55,246 nt of DNA, taken from positions 1 to 55,246 of the IMG/VR virus record IMGVR_UViG_3300037424_001305; one strand, given 5' to 3'. Both the position numbers and the translations under genes were made by a program. A model generated the notes under the pieces. That model saw nothing but the letters and a program-made list of their open reading frames with translations. It was not told the origin of the DNA and did not search any database. Origin of the DNA: a virus. Its lineage: Duplodnaviria; Caudoviricetes. This document shows, piece after piece, positions 1 through 9,546 of this stretch. Numbering within the stretch: the stretch's first letter is position 1; every line of letters begins with the position of its first letter.

Positions 1-3000
1 GGCCTCAGGCACCGCCTGGAGCTTTTCCAGGACCTGCTGCAACTGATGCCCGGTGGCGTTCTTGTTCCGGGGGACTGCGCGTTCGATGGGCCCCGGGGGA
101 GCCCCGGGGTCCTGTCGACCCAGTACGGACTCGATATCCCGATGGTCAGTCAGCTGGCTCTGGGACAAAAGATGGGCCTGGAGATCCGGATTGGGAATCT
201 TCAACATCTCCCGGAACTGCTCCCGGTAGGGGCTCTCCGTGGCACGATCGTAGTTAACCAGATGGGAGACGAGCTTCGCCTGGATGATGGGGTTTTCGCC
301 TCGCTCATGGACAACCTGCATCAGCTCCGGGTAGACTGAGGAAGTCGTATCGGCAGCGCGCCAGTCGAAGAGGCGAGAAAGAGCTGCCGGGGTCTGAATC
401 TCCCGAGCCAGGGAGGTGATGTCTTCAGGCTGGAGCAAATCGAGAACAGTAGAGCCAGTCTCGTTCCGGAACAGATTCCGGCGGTCCTCGGGCGTGAATC
501 GATTGCTGGGGATGTAGCTAACTGCCCTCGCGCGGACATTCTCGTCCGGGTGCGTGGCTGCTCGGTGGACCAAGTCGGGGTGGGCGCTGAACCCCAGATG
601 AGCATTCTCGATCAGATTCCTGGCTCCCGTTTCGCCGACGACCTCCTGATTAAGGACCTCATGAGCAATCTTCGGGGTTACTTTACCCCCCCTGAGAATC
701 ATCCCCTGGAGACTCGGATCATTGAAGAAGATGTGCTCGCTGGCCTCCTCGGGCAGCGCGTTGTGGTAGGCAACGAACGCTCTGGTGCCAGGATTCTTCG
801 CCGCCTCCCAGAGTAGATCCTCTGGGGCATCGTCTCGCTGGAGAGCAGCCTTCTGGAGTTTAGGGTCATCGCCAAAGGCATGACGCCTTAGAATGTCCTG
901 GGGGACCTTCTTTGCACTCTCCAGGATCATCTTGGTCATGGAGATATCTCCGCGTTTCTCGACATGGTCCAGGGCTGCCCGGACATGACGCTCCGAGCCA
1001 TGGCGGGCAAGTGTGAGGGCCCGCAGGCTCTGTTTGTTCACTCCTTGGAGCTTCTCCTGGATGGCGTCCAGAGCCCGTTCACTGTAGTTACTGTGGGGAT
1101 TGTAGACCAGCGAGTCCAGCTCATGCACCCGCCCATTGGCCAGCACGGACTCCACCAGCTCAGGCTTTCTCAGCAGGGGGATGAGTTTCTCGCGAAGGTA
1201 GGGGTTGTCGAAGGCCTGGTCCTCATGCTCGGGATTCTTCTCAAAGTGAGGATGGTCGAGCAGTTGTCCCTTGCTGTATTCGGGGGTCGCGGCGTTGACG
1301 GCTTTGAGCGCGGCCCCAAGGTGCTCGGAGGAGAAGTTTTCGTGGCCAAGGAGGCCGCCGAACTGGAGCGGCTGCGCGCACGTCAACCGATCCACGACCT
1401 CATCGCGAACCGCCTCACGGACCCTGGGGTGCGGGTCCTTGGCCATACCCATCAGTGGATAAGAGCCGATCGAGCTGGGCCTATTCTTGACGGCACTGTA
1501 CCTGATGGCCGGATTCTCGTGACTGACGGCCTCCGCGGTACCCATGTCGCCGATGTCCATGGGGACAAGGTCGTCATGCTCATCCTTCTGGAGGCTGTCC
1601 GGCTTCAAGACCAGGGGCTCGGTCTTTTGGACTTCCTGAATCTCGTAGGCATCCAGGGTCTTGATGCCGTGCCGCTGAGCCGCCGCGTACCGGTGATTAC
1701 CATCGACCAGATGGTAGCGGTCCCCGAGGCGACGCACCACCACAGGCGGCAGCCGGTCGCCACCGCGGGCCATGCGCCGGTACAGGTCGAGGCGCTCCCC
1801 GTTGACGGGCAGGTTGCCCGGATCCAGGGCGTCCGTGCTGACAGTAATAGACTTCAGGCGGTTCGGGTCACCGCGGCCGAATACCTGGACCAGCTGGGCT
1901 TGGAACTTGCGGTCCCAGTCCTCGCGGGCCGGCGTTCCCTTGGCAGGGATACTGATACCGTCCTTTGACCTCCAGGGCTTCGGCTCCTTCGCCTTCTTCT
2001 CCAGCTCAGCCTTCAGGGTCTCCTCGTAGTCACCGCGGGTAGCTGCTGCCCCGTGACCAAACCCCGGGGGACTACCAGGCCCCGCCATGGGCTTGTAGCC
2101 GAGTCCGTGCTTTTGGCTGAGCTTCTCGTGAAGGTGGCCGGCGGCCTCACTGTGAGAACCGCCTCGGACGCTTTTGATGCCCAGGTGTTTCAGGGCGTGC
2201 GTGTACAGGGCCTCGTAGGCCTTCTCACCGAGACCGAACCCACGGTGGTCTCTATGGATGAGGGCATGCGGAGTCAGCGCGCCATCCTTCAGGTCGCTGC
2301 GAACCACGCCAACATAGTCCGGCCCCCGATGGACCACGACCTGGGGACCGGGCATATACTCAACTCCAGGCATCCCAAAGCCAGCCGCGTTTCCTGTCAA
2401 CTCTTGCACTACATGCAGTCGATACCCGGCCTGTCGCTGCTCCGGAGTCAGCATGTGGCCGTAGTCGAAGTACTCCGGGTCTTCCAGGGGAAAGCCCTCG
2501 GGACGGGGGACCCTCTTGCCGGGCTTGAGGTCACCGATGGCCATCTTGGCCAGCTCCGACTTCTGTACCGGCGGCGTCCAGGGCTGCCAGCCGTGCCGAG
2601 GATGGAAGGTCTTGTAGACGTTATCGGGGTGCAGCCTGCCGATGGCTTCCGGAACGGTTTTTGGATGACCAGCCAAGGGGGGTCCCACAGGCTTTGGAGT
2701 GGGCGTCCAGCCATGCTGGGGGTGAAAAATGGCCGTGGGCTCCAAGGTCACCACGGCGTGAACCGGGGTCCAGGCGCTCTTAGTGGCTCGGTCGTGGACG
2801 TAGCCCACGCCCGGAACCTGGCGGACGCCCTTCACCTGAAACTCGCCAGCAGTGATGGCCTCGGAGTGGCGGTAGCAGAATTGCTTCGCGTCCTCGGGCC
2901 TCCACTGGCCGTAACTGTGGATTGGCGTGTTGGAAGGGAACTCGAAGATGGTGGGCACCCCGGTCTGCTGGTCGGCGTCCAGTCGGACACCGTAGCCGGT

Positions 3001-3717
3001 ATCTGCACTGCCGCCCGTGGCGGTCAAAGGCAGCTTGATCTTGCTGCCGACCTTCCAGTTAGTACCCTTGCGGTCCTCGAAGGTGTGGTAGAGGGGCTCA
3101 CCGGCGGAAACACCCTTCGCAATGCTGGTGAGAAAGCGGTTGGCCAGGTGCTGGTGGAGGGGGTCTTCCCAGCGGGGCTCGTAGCCTGAGATGCCCATCT
3201 GCTTTGCTGCATGGCCGGTGATGTTCTGGCTGTTATCATGACTGTAGCCCCAGTGCCAGTCATTGGTCTGGCGCTTGTCGCCGGCCTTCTCCAGGTCGTC
3301 CTTCACCGGGAACTTGACGCCCAGGAGGTCCAGGGTCACGTCCTGGGGGTTGTGCCAGCGGAGGGAGGAGTCTTCCAGCTGGCTCGGAGTCAGCCACCGG
3401 AAGCGGACGATTTCCTGGTCGGGGTCATTCTCGGCCGTGGGCTCGGCGTCAGGGCCGACCTCGGCGCGGTAGCAGTGGACCCTGACCTTGCCGCCAACGG
3501 TCTCCGTGCCCAGGTGCTCCAGGGAGGTGGGCTCCAGGCCCGTCTCTTCGAGCATCTCCCGGACGGCAGCCTTCTCGGGGCGCTCATTCGGCTCTAGGTG
3601 CCCACCTGGCAAATTCCAGGTACTGTCATCGGAGCGAAGCCCGACCAGGAGCTTGTCGCCCCGGAAGATGGCCACAGAGGCCACCTCGGTCGGGTTCTTT
3701 TTTCTCTTAGAGGCCAT
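1..3717 (-). CDS. Large polyvalent protein (3' end beyond window): NUDIX hydrolase + ART-like + GNAT + ParB/Srx-like + HEAT-like helical repeats
   Basis: Hand-translated from ATG at 3717; frame stays open to position 1 (>=1239 codons). Nudix box GGHLEPNERPEKAAVREMLEETGL; GNAT motif HRGFGLGEKAYEALY; ParB-like PPVVVRRLGDRYHLVDGNHRYAAA; HEAT-like DPHPRVREAV and HPDENVRARAV. Confidence 0.85.
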   Translation of the reverse strand, partial: MASKRKKNPTEVASVAIFRGDKLLVGLRSDDSTWNLPGGHLEPNERPEKAAVREMLEETGLEPTSLEHLGTETVGGKVRVHCYRAEVGPDAEPTAENDPDQEIVRFRWLTPSQLEDSSLRWHNPQDVTLDLLGVKFPVKDDLEKAGDKRQTNDWHWGYSHDNSQNITGHAAKQMGISGYEPRWEDPLHQHLANRFLTSIAKGVSAGEPLYHTFEDRKGTNWKVGSKIKLPLTATGGSADTGYGVRLDADQQTGVPTIFEFPSNTPIHSYGQWRPEDAKQFCYRHSEAITAGEFQVKGVRQVPGVGYVHDRATKSAWTPVHAVVTLEPTAIFHPQHGWTPTPKPVGPPLAGHPKTVPEAIGRLHPDNVYKTFHPRHGWQPWTPPVQKSELAKMAIGDLKPGKRVPRPEGFPLEDPEYFDYGHMLTPEQRQAGYRLHVVQELTGNAAGFGMPGVEYMPGPQVVVHRGPDYVGVVRSDLKDGALTPHALIHRDHRGFGLGEKAYEALYTHALKHLGIKSVRGGSHSEAAGHLHEKLSQKHGLGYKPMAGPGSPPGFGHGAAATRGDYEETLKAELEKKAKEPKPWRSKDGISIPAKGTPAREDWDRKFQAQLVQVFGRGDPNRLKSITVSTDALDPGNLPVNGERLDLYRRMARGGDRLPPVVVRRLGDRYHLVDGNHRYAAAQRHGIKTLDAYEIQEVQKTEPLVLKPDSLQKDEHDDLVPMDIGDMGTAEAVSHENPAIRYSAVKNRPSSIGSYPLMGMAKDPHPRVREAVRDEVVDRLTCAQPLQFGGLLGHENFSSEHLGAALKAVNAATPEYSKGQLLDHPHFEKNPEHEDQAFDNPYLREKLIPLLRKPELVESVLANGRVHELDSLVYNPHSNYSERALDAIQEKLQGVNKQSLRALTLARHGSERHVRAALDHVEKRGDISMTKMILESAKKVPQDILRRHAFGDDPKLQKAALQRDDAPEDLLWEAAKNPGTRAFVAYHNALPEEASEHIFFNDPSLQGMILRGGKVTPKIAHEVLNQEVVGETGARNLIENAHLGFSAHPDLVHRAATHPDENVRARAVSYIPSNRFTPEDRRNLFRNETGSTVLDLLQPEDITSLAREIQTPAALSRLFDWRAADTTSSVYPELMQVVHERGENPIIQAKLVSHLVNYDRATESPYREQFREMLKIPNPDLQAHLLSQSQLTDHRDIESVLGRQDPGAPPGPIERAVPRNKNATGHQLQQVLEKLQAVPEA

Positions 3718-4290
3718 CTAAACTCTCGCCCCCTTACGGAGGTTTTCTTCAGCCCACAGCGGCTGCTGGTTGCTGAAATGACAAGCAGCGACTAGCTGCT
3801 CTGGATCCGCTAGATCAAAACTAGCCATCGGCTTTATGTGGTCGATGTGCCATTTTCCGATCCCCAAGCCCCAATTCTCCCAATTCATACCAGGCTGGAA
3901 CTGTGATTCCAAATGGGCCCTTAGGGCTAGACGTACCCTTGTCCGTAGATTCCCAGACACTCTCCGATTAAAACCGGCCAACCAATGGCGCCGATCCGCA
4001 TCAAGTCTTTCAACCCTATGACGCTTGTAATATCGGCTCTGTATCTTGCGAACGGCATCTCGATTCTTTTGTTTCCACAGCTTGCTGTTGTTCCTGGTCC
4101 TTTCCAGATTTGCGGCATGCCAGACTTTTGCTCTTGATTTACTGGCTTCCGGATTTTTAGCGTACCTATTTTTGTCGTAACGGCTCATACAGGCCCTGCA
4201 CCATGACTGAAGTCCGTCAGACCTGCTGGAATTCTTTCCGAATTCACCCGGCTCCCTGCATTTAGGACAGATCTTTTGATTCATGGGCAC
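3718..4290 (-). CDS. HNH endonuclease (homing-endonuclease-like) with N-terminal Zn finger
   Basis: CPKC...CRAC Zn finger; WHIDHIKP...CHFSNQQPLWAEENLRKG HNH motif. Confidence 0.8.
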   Translation of the reverse strand: MPMNQKICPKCREPGEFGKNSSRSDGLQSWCRACMSRYDKNRYAKNPEASKSRAKVWHAANLERTRNNSKLWKQKNRDAVRKIQSRYYKRHRVERLDADRRHWLAGFNRRVSGNLRTRVRLALRAHLESQFQPGMNWENWGLGIGKWHIDHIKPMASFDLADPEQLVAACHFSNQQPLWAEENLRKGARV

Positions 4291-4306
4291 GAGCCTAAGA
4301 TTCCGT

Positions 4307-4807
4307 CTACTTCCTCTTGATAACGACGCCCAGCTGCTCGTAGGGTTCGTCCTCGCCGTCCTGGTCGTGCCAGCGCTGACGCAGGGTCTTCCAGCTCATG
4401 TTCATCTCGGTACCAGGGACCGGATCCAGGATCCGGACGCCCTTTCGGTCAGCCCCGACCACTACCACGTAGTGCCCGTTATCATCCGTGGTGGCGTAGT
4501 TGGGGCGCGAACGGTCGGCCCAGGCCTGGATGGCGATGATGACCGGGTGACCAGCCTTCACGGCCTTGGACAGGCGCCGTTGGCCCATCTTCTCGAAGCT
4601 CAGGGCCGTGAATCCGTACTCGCGGGCCACCCTGATGATGTCCCTGGGGAGGGTGCCGTCCGCGGGCGTGCAGTTCAGCTCCCTGGCGAGGGTACTCTCA
4701 GCCCTGGTAATGCCGAAATGTCTCAGGACGGCCCGGAGGCAGGCGGGGCCGCAGGTGTAGTCCGTCTCCTGGACCACCGGGGGGACCATGACGTCAGCAG
4801 CCGCCAT
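4307..4807 (-). CDS. C39-family cysteine peptidase
   Basis: QETDYTCGPACL (Q..C), GHYVVVVG (H), ILDP (D). Confidence 0.8.
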   Translation of the reverse strand: MAAADVMVPPVVQETDYTCGPACLRAVLRHFGITRAESTLARELNCTPADGTLPRDIIRVAREYGFTALSFEKMGQRRLSKAVKAGHPVIIAIQAWADRSRPNYATTDDNGHYVVVVGADRKGVRILDPVPGTEMNMSWKTLRQRWHDQDGEDEPYEQLGVVIKRK

Positions 4808-4822
4808 ACTTTCGTCTCCAGA

Positions 4823-5662
4823 CTACACACTGCCGGTCATGAGCGATTGCCCGTAGTAGACCTTCACCTTCTTGATGAACTTGTCCCTCTTGAGCTGAAG
4901 CTCGTCCATGCGGACCTTGAAAATCTGCGGACCCGGGGTGCTAATGGACTGGCTCAGGCCGTCAATGCCCAGGCTGTGGCCGCTGGACTTACCATAGGTG
5001 GCTGCCAGCTGGGACAGGACCTCCATGGCCGCAATGACGCCAATCAGCTCGTTGACGATCTTCGGAACCAGGCCATCGGGGTAGCCGCTCGTGTACCTGA
5101 TATTCCAGAAGGCCGGCGTCCAGGGCTGCTGGCCAAAGATGCTCAAGAACAGGGCGCCGCCACTGCCCACCTGGGCCACGTTGCTGTACGCGACAGCGTT
5201 ACCCAGGGGAATGAGGTTGATCTGCCCCCAGCGGAGGTAGCTGGTCTCCACCCACTGCAAGGGGACCTCGTAGATGTGCTCGTTCGTGGGAGGCACGATG
5301 GCCAGGGACTCGATGCTGGCCACGGGCCGGCTCCGGGTCTTAAAATACCCAAACTGCTGATATTCCGCGCGGTCGAAGGCCGCCTTCTCGTCCCTCTGGA
5401 CCGGAAAGACGTCGATATGGGCCTCGGACTCCAGCTGGGCGACTGCACGGTCGATGGTGTCCTTGATGAGGTCGTCCGTGTAGACCTGTGGCTTGTTGGT
5501 CAGCGGGTCTCTCATGGCCGACACCATGGGGATGCCGAACAGGTGCCGGCCCCGGACCTGCTGGGGAGTGACTAGGGGCTCGACATGCTTCCAGCTGGTA
5601 TCCAGGGCCCGCTCGGGCACCATGACCCCTGGACCGGCTTTGGTCTCGGTGTAATCGGCCAT
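4823..5662 (-). CDS. Putative head-tail adaptor/neck protein
   Basis: 279 aa in structural context; YTSGYP and C-terminal GIDGLSQSIS motif recall neck proteins of large myoviruses. Confidence 0.55.
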   Translation of the reverse strand: MADYTETKAGPGVMVPERALDTSWKHVEPLVTPQQVRGRHLFGIPMVSAMRDPLTNKPQVYTDDLIKDTIDRAVAQLESEAHIDVFPVQRDEKAAFDRAEYQQFGYFKTRSRPVASIESLAIVPPTNEHIYEVPLQWVETSYLRWGQINLIPLGNAVAYSNVAQVGSGGALFLSIFGQQPWTPAFWNIRYTSGYPDGLVPKIVNELIGVIAAMEVLSQLAATYGKSSGHSLGIDGLSQSISTPGPQIFKVRMDELQLKRDKFIKKVKVYYGQSLMTGSV

Positions 5663-6078
5663 TACAGTCTCGACATCCCATCCAGGCCCTGGACCCCGAT
5701 GGCGTTGCTCAGTAGCCCTTTGGTGACCTTAGAGCCCTCCGTGAGGGTCAGGATAGCGTTCACGGTGCCCCTGATGGTGTCGGAGCTGCTGATGCTGAAC
5801 TTCCAGATGCTGGGGTCCTGGCTGTAGGGCTGGGTGGCAGTCTTGGTGACCTTCCGGGCGTCGTCGATGTTCTGGAGGACGACGGTCAGCGTGGCGGCCG
5901 CCGCGGGAACGTAGCGCCGGCCCTCGGGCACAAATCCATCTACGGCCCGGTCCCTGGAAAGGTCAACGAGCTGAAAGTAGACGTCGAGGGAATCCCCCTC
6001 AGTCATTTCCTGGCGTTCGGTGTAAGACCAGGTATTGACGTCCGCAATTGTATTTAGGATTCGGCAACTGAGCAGCAC
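5662..6078 (-). CDS. Putative virion structural protein (beta-rich)
   Basis: 138 aa, coupled to the neck gene, preceded by the AATCT late-type motif. Confidence 0.45.
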   Translation of the reverse strand: MLLSCRILNTIADVNTWSYTERQEMTEGDSLDVYFQLVDLSRDRAVDGFVPEGRRYVPAAAATLTVVLQNIDDARKVTKTATQPYSQDPSIWKFSISSSDTIRGTVNAILTLTEGSKVTKGLLSNAIGVQGLDGMSRL

Positions 6079-6110
6079 GGTTCACCCTGGGGTCAAGATT
6101 ACGGTCCTAG

Positions 6111-6515
6111 CTAGGTGAGCAACCGCCAGATGCCCTCGGGGACCTGCTCCTCGCGCACCTTGAGAATCCGCTCCGGGAACTCCAGAAAGCCCGGCTTCAG
6201 AAGCCGGGGTTCGTCGCCCCGGTCGGAGTCCACGCCCTGGACCCGGAGCTTGATCTTCTCCTCGTCACGTCGGCGGCTTACCACGACCCGGACCTCCAAG
6301 ACCCGGCCATACTGCAAGCCGGCGCAGCGACCCAGGGCGTGGCCGTAGACGATGATATCGCCGGCCTTCAAGGGCACGCCAGCCTTGTCCTTAAATTCCG
6401 ATTCGACTACCACTACGTGAACAGGGCAGTGTTCACAGACCTTGGTGTCGCAGTAGCTACTATGTCCATCTGCCCCTACAAGCTGGGCCATGCAGCAGGC
6501 GCAGTCCGGGGTCAT
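6111..6515 (-). CDS. Hypothetical protein
   Basis: ORF in an ATGA-coupled array of small genes. Confidence 0.6.
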   Translation of the reverse strand: MTPDCACCMAQLVGADGHSSYCDTKVCEHCPVHVVVVESEFKDKAGVPLKAGDIIVYGHALGRCAGLQYGRVLEVRVVVSRRRDEEKIKLRVQGVDSDRGDEPRLLKPGFLEFPERILKVREEQVPEGIWRLLT

Positions 6516-6862
6516 CGGTTCTTCCTCGTCAGGGGTGCAAGAGCCCGGTTCCGGTCCACGACCTCCTGCCTCTCCTTAAAGTACTCGCCCATCTCCAGGA
6601 CACTGCTCGCCAGCCTGGACTGCCTGTTGCCGATGGTCGTCAGGTTATCAACCACCAGGCGCTGCTCCTCGGCGACCCGCCGCTGCTCCTGGGCGAGGAC
6701 CGAGACCTGTACCTGCTGGACCCGCATGGCCTTCACGAGGGCAGCCTCCCAACAGCCGAAGCCAGCACTTACTGCGGCGATAACCCAGCCCAGGACCCAG
6801 AGCTTGCGGAGGCGGCGGAGCTGAGCTACCTCGGCAGTGGACATGAAGGTGACTTCGCTCAT
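6512..6862 (-). CDS. Hypothetical membrane protein with coiled coil
   Basis: TM segment LWVLGWVIAAVSAGFGCW followed by a Q/E-rich helix; 4-bp overlaps on both sides. Confidence 0.6.
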   Translation of the reverse strand: MSEVTFMSTAEVAQLRRLRKLWVLGWVIAAVSAGFGCWEAALVKAMRVQQVQVSVLAQEQRRVAEEQRLVVDNLTTIGNRQSRLASSVLEMGEYFKERQEVVDRNRALAPLTRKNR

Positions 6863-7182
6863 GGCTTCACCAGCAACGCCTCAGCGGCCGCCCACGCCTT
6901 GCGCTCGGCTTCCGCCTCCTCGAACTGATGTACGCTGTCGTAGTTGAGGATGGTGTGCTCAGGGTCAATGCTTGGCTTCCACTCCAGCAAGCCGCGCAAG
7001 GCGGCCTCCAGATCCATCACGCGAGCTTCGGCCTTCTCTTGGGCCTCTATCCTGTCTTCGAGTTGCTGATTCAGGTGCATGACCAGCCCGGGTTTGTCGA
7101 GCGTGCCCACGTAGATGCGCTGTAGGTCTGCCAACTCGGCCTCCAACTCGGCCTCCGGCGTGGCCTGCTTCGGCTCAGTCAT
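6859..7182 (-). CDS. Hypothetical coiled-coil protein
   Basis: ATGA-coupled ORF. Confidence 0.6.
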   Translation of the reverse strand: MTEPKQATPEAELEAELADLQRIYVGTLDKPGLVMHLNQQLEDRIEAQEKAEARVMDLEAALRGLLEWKPSIDPEHTILNYDSVHQFEEAEAERKAWAAAEALLVKP

Positions 7183-7556
7183 GCTTCTCCTTCCTCGCGC
7201 CCCTTCGTGTACAACAGGGCCATATCAGCATCACAGGTGTCGCAAGGGCCGCCTGGGCTCCATCCCAGGTCACGCCGCGTCCGGGCGGCACAACAGTCAC
7301 AGAAGGCCACGCGAGTCCTGAGACTCTCCCGTAGCTGCTCCACCATTGTTTCCAGCTCCTTCACGCGGGCCTGCGCCGCAGTCAGCCGGGCCTCCAGGGC
7401 TTCACTCACCTGCGCCTCGGTGGCGTCGAGGATGGCGAGAGCGGCGGCCCTACCTGAATCCCATCGCTCTTCTGCCGGGCTGGGCTCCGCGGGGTGGAAC
7501 GCCGGACACGGTGCGGCCAATGCCTCTCGCACCTGTTGAATCTGCTCGTCTGTCAT
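7179..7556 (-). CDS. Hypothetical protein (coiled coil + Cys cluster)
   Basis: Likely start MTDEQ at 7556, overlapping the upstream stop (ATGA). Confidence 0.6.
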   Translation of the reverse strand: MTDEQIQQVREALAAPCPAFHPAEPSPAEERWDSGRAAALAILDATEAQVSEALEARLTAAQARVKELETMVEQLRESLRTRVAFCDCCAARTRRDLGWSPGGPCDTCDADMALLYTKGREEGEA

Positions 7557-7750
7557 GGCTTCCTCCGGGCGTCTGCAATGTAGTGCATGGTGCCCATCAG
7601 AGAGAAGATGGCGGCCCAGAAGCAGGCGCTCCAGACCTGAGGTTCGTTGCCGGTCGCCAGAGCCAAGATGAGGATCCCCAGATTCAGCACCGCGCCAACC
7701 ACGCAGACCCAGAACATGACGGCGTGTTTGATGACCGGAGGTGGCTTCAA
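7553..7750 (-). CDS. Small membrane protein (2 TM)
   Basis: Two hydrophobic stretches; coupled ORF. Confidence 0.55.
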   Translation of the reverse strand: MKPPPVIKHAVMFWVCVVGAVLNLGILILALATGNEPQVWSACFWAAIFSLMGTMHYIADARRKP

Positions 7751-8151
7751 AGCACGGTCTCCCCAAAGGGGGTCTGTCCGGGAAAGGCCGGCCCCAGACC
7801 GACGTCCAGGGACAGAATGGTGATCTTGTTTATGTCGGAGACGGGCGCCGACGACTCCAGTGGGTCGCTGGACTCGAAGGGGGCGCTGCCCAGCTCGATA
7901 ACCCCCTGGGGCCGGAGGTAGTACTTGTCTCCATTCTCCAGGTTCAGTCGAGCCGGCGAGGCGTACAGAAGAACCACGTCAGCCAGTAGCCGGGGCCCCT
8001 GCCAGTACAGGCTCGCCCAGCCGACGACGGAGCCCATCTGCTTGACCTCAATGGGGTTTAGGAACTCGATCTCGATCCACGGCCTTGGGGGGCTGCTGGA
8101 GCTGCTCGGGTCGAGCACTTCCGCCTTGAGTCTGTAGAGTCTATCTCCCAT
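7747..8151 (-). CDS. Hypothetical protein
   Basis: Preceded by the AGCCGTTATAG motif 8 nt upstream. Confidence 0.6.
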   Translation of the reverse strand: MGDRLYRLKAEVLDPSSSSSPPRPWIEIEFLNPIEVKQMGSVVGWASLYWQGPRLLADVVLLYASPARLNLENGDKYYLRPQGVIELGSAPFESSDPLESSAPVSDINKITILSLDVGLGPAFPGQTPFGETVL

Positions 8152-8169
8152 GACATCTTCCTATAACGG

Positions 8170-8382
8170 CTAGCGCCGGCCGTGGAACTTCTCAGAAGCC
8201 AAGGAGAAAGCGTAAGCCCACGCAATGACAACGAAAGTTCCGACGCCGAGCCAGAGGCCGGAGAGGAGGCCGGAGTCGGCGCCCATGGCCAAGAGCAAGA
8301 AGAGAAGAGCATCTACAATAGCCGCCATGGCGGCGACCATACCCATCGTGAACCAGAAGGTCCGAAGGAGTTGAGTCTTCAT
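8170..8382 (-). CDS. Small membrane protein (2 TM)
   Basis: Start MKTQLL at 8382 overlapping the upstream stop; hydrophobic. Confidence 0.55.
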   Translation of the reverse strand: MKTQLLRTFWFTMGMVAAMAAIVDALLFLLLAMGADSGLLSGLWLGVGTFVVIAWAYAFSLASEKFHGRR

Positions 8383-8711
8383 GCTACCCCCGGGGGGACG
8401 TTGGTTACCGGATTCGAGCCCATGTGGATGTAGCCGTTCTTGACCAAAGCCAGGGCCAGACTGTAGGACACGTAGGCGAAATTCCCGTCCTGTATCATCT
8501 GGTCGGGCTGCACCTGCTGAAAGTACCCCAGGGGGATCTCCTGTACGATGCCGTAGGCTCGCAGGTGCTCGCCGAGCATCACGTACTCGTAGGCCGTGGC
8601 GACCATGCCCTTGAAGTAATCGTCGGCGGCGATCTGCTGATTCCGCCGGAGGTCGCCTAGGGCCTTGATGATGGACTGGAGGTTCTTGTGCTTGTGGTCG
8701 TCGGGGCTCAC
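8379..8711 (-). CDS. Hypothetical protein
   Basis: ATGA-coupled ORF. Confidence 0.6.
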   Translation of the reverse strand: MSPDDHKHKNLQSIIKALGDLRRNQQIAADDYFKGMVATAYEYVMLGEHLRAYGIVQEIPLGYFQQVQPDQMIQDGNFAYVSYSLALALVKNGYIHMGSNPVTNVPPGVA

Positions 8712-9289
8712 ATCTCCTCCTTGTCCTGGACCGGTGGTGCGGAGAGAGCGGCGTTGACCGCACTCCTTCCGTTGTAGAGCAGTTGCAGGAAATCATCCGG
8801 CAGACTCTCAAGGTACCGGGACTGCTGAACCGCGTTCTCCACGTCGTTCAGGAGCGTATCGAACTCGCGCCATGCCTCCACCAGCGCCTTCGCGCGGGCC
8901 GCGAGGGCGGCGTTCTCTCGCGTCCAGTAACCGACGGGGCCCTGGCGCAGGGCCTTCATCTCCGCACGTAGGGCGTCGTAGTCATTCAGGCGCTGGACGC
9001 CACCGTGTTCAGAAGCCAGGGCGCTGTACTCGGCCTCGGAGATCAGCTCTTCCGTGAACAGTTCTATGCGCATCTGCCGCACGAGGTCGTGCTCCCGCTG
9101 GTTCTTGTCGTTCTCCCGGATGAACTTCGGAAGGGCTTGGCCGTCTCCGGCCTCAGTCGGGTTACCACCCTTGGGGTTGTTCTTCTGTTTCCGAATCCAG
9201 GCCGCGAGATTGGGGTGCCCACTGCGTTCCGCGGCCACCGCAGCCCGCTCGAAGGCCGAATCCTCAGACCACACGGTGTCATGGCTCAC
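8708..9289 (-). CDS. Hypothetical protein
   Basis: Coupled ORF, 193 aa. Confidence 0.6.
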   Translation of the reverse strand: MSHDTVWSEDSAFERAAVAAERSGHPNLAAWIRKQKNNPKGGNPTEAGDGQALPKFIRENDKNQREHDLVRQMRIELFTEELISEAEYSALASEHGGVQRLNDYDALRAEMKALRQGPVGYWTRENAALAARAKALVEAWREFDTLLNDVENAVQQSRYLESLPDDFLQLLYNGRSAVNAALSAPPVQDKEEM

Positions 9290-9546
9290 CGGTATTCCTC
9301 CATGGCCTGCCGGAGGGCCGATGCCAGGTCGCCACCGTAGCCGACGATGAGCCGGCCCTGGTCGATGACCCTGTAGACGTAGGTAACCCCGTTCTCGACC
9401 AGGGAACGGAGGTGGTCGGGGTCACTCTCGGGGAGGTTCAGCCGGTCCTTGGGGCTGAGTACTGGAAGCACATCCTCCAGGGTCTGGCTCTGCGGCGGCA
9501 TCGGAAATGGAATCAGTTGGCCCATATGGCTCCTTTGTAGCATCAC
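9286..9546 (-). CDS. Hypothetical protein
   Basis: ORF; true start may be MGQLIPFP after a GGAG SD. Confidence 0.5.
   Translation of the reverse strand: MMLQRSHMGQLIPFPMPPQSQTLEDVLPVLSPKDRLNLPESDPDHLRSLVENGVTYVYRVIDQGRLIVGYGGDLASALRQAMEEYR

Noticed and set aside
964-3189. Long plus-strand ORFs (also 4283-5575, 14887-16062, 16497-18308, 23271-24929, 33571-35811, and minus-strand 54452-55183)
   Set aside because: Antisense shadows of real GC3-biased genes; no motifs, while the opposite strand has clear domains.
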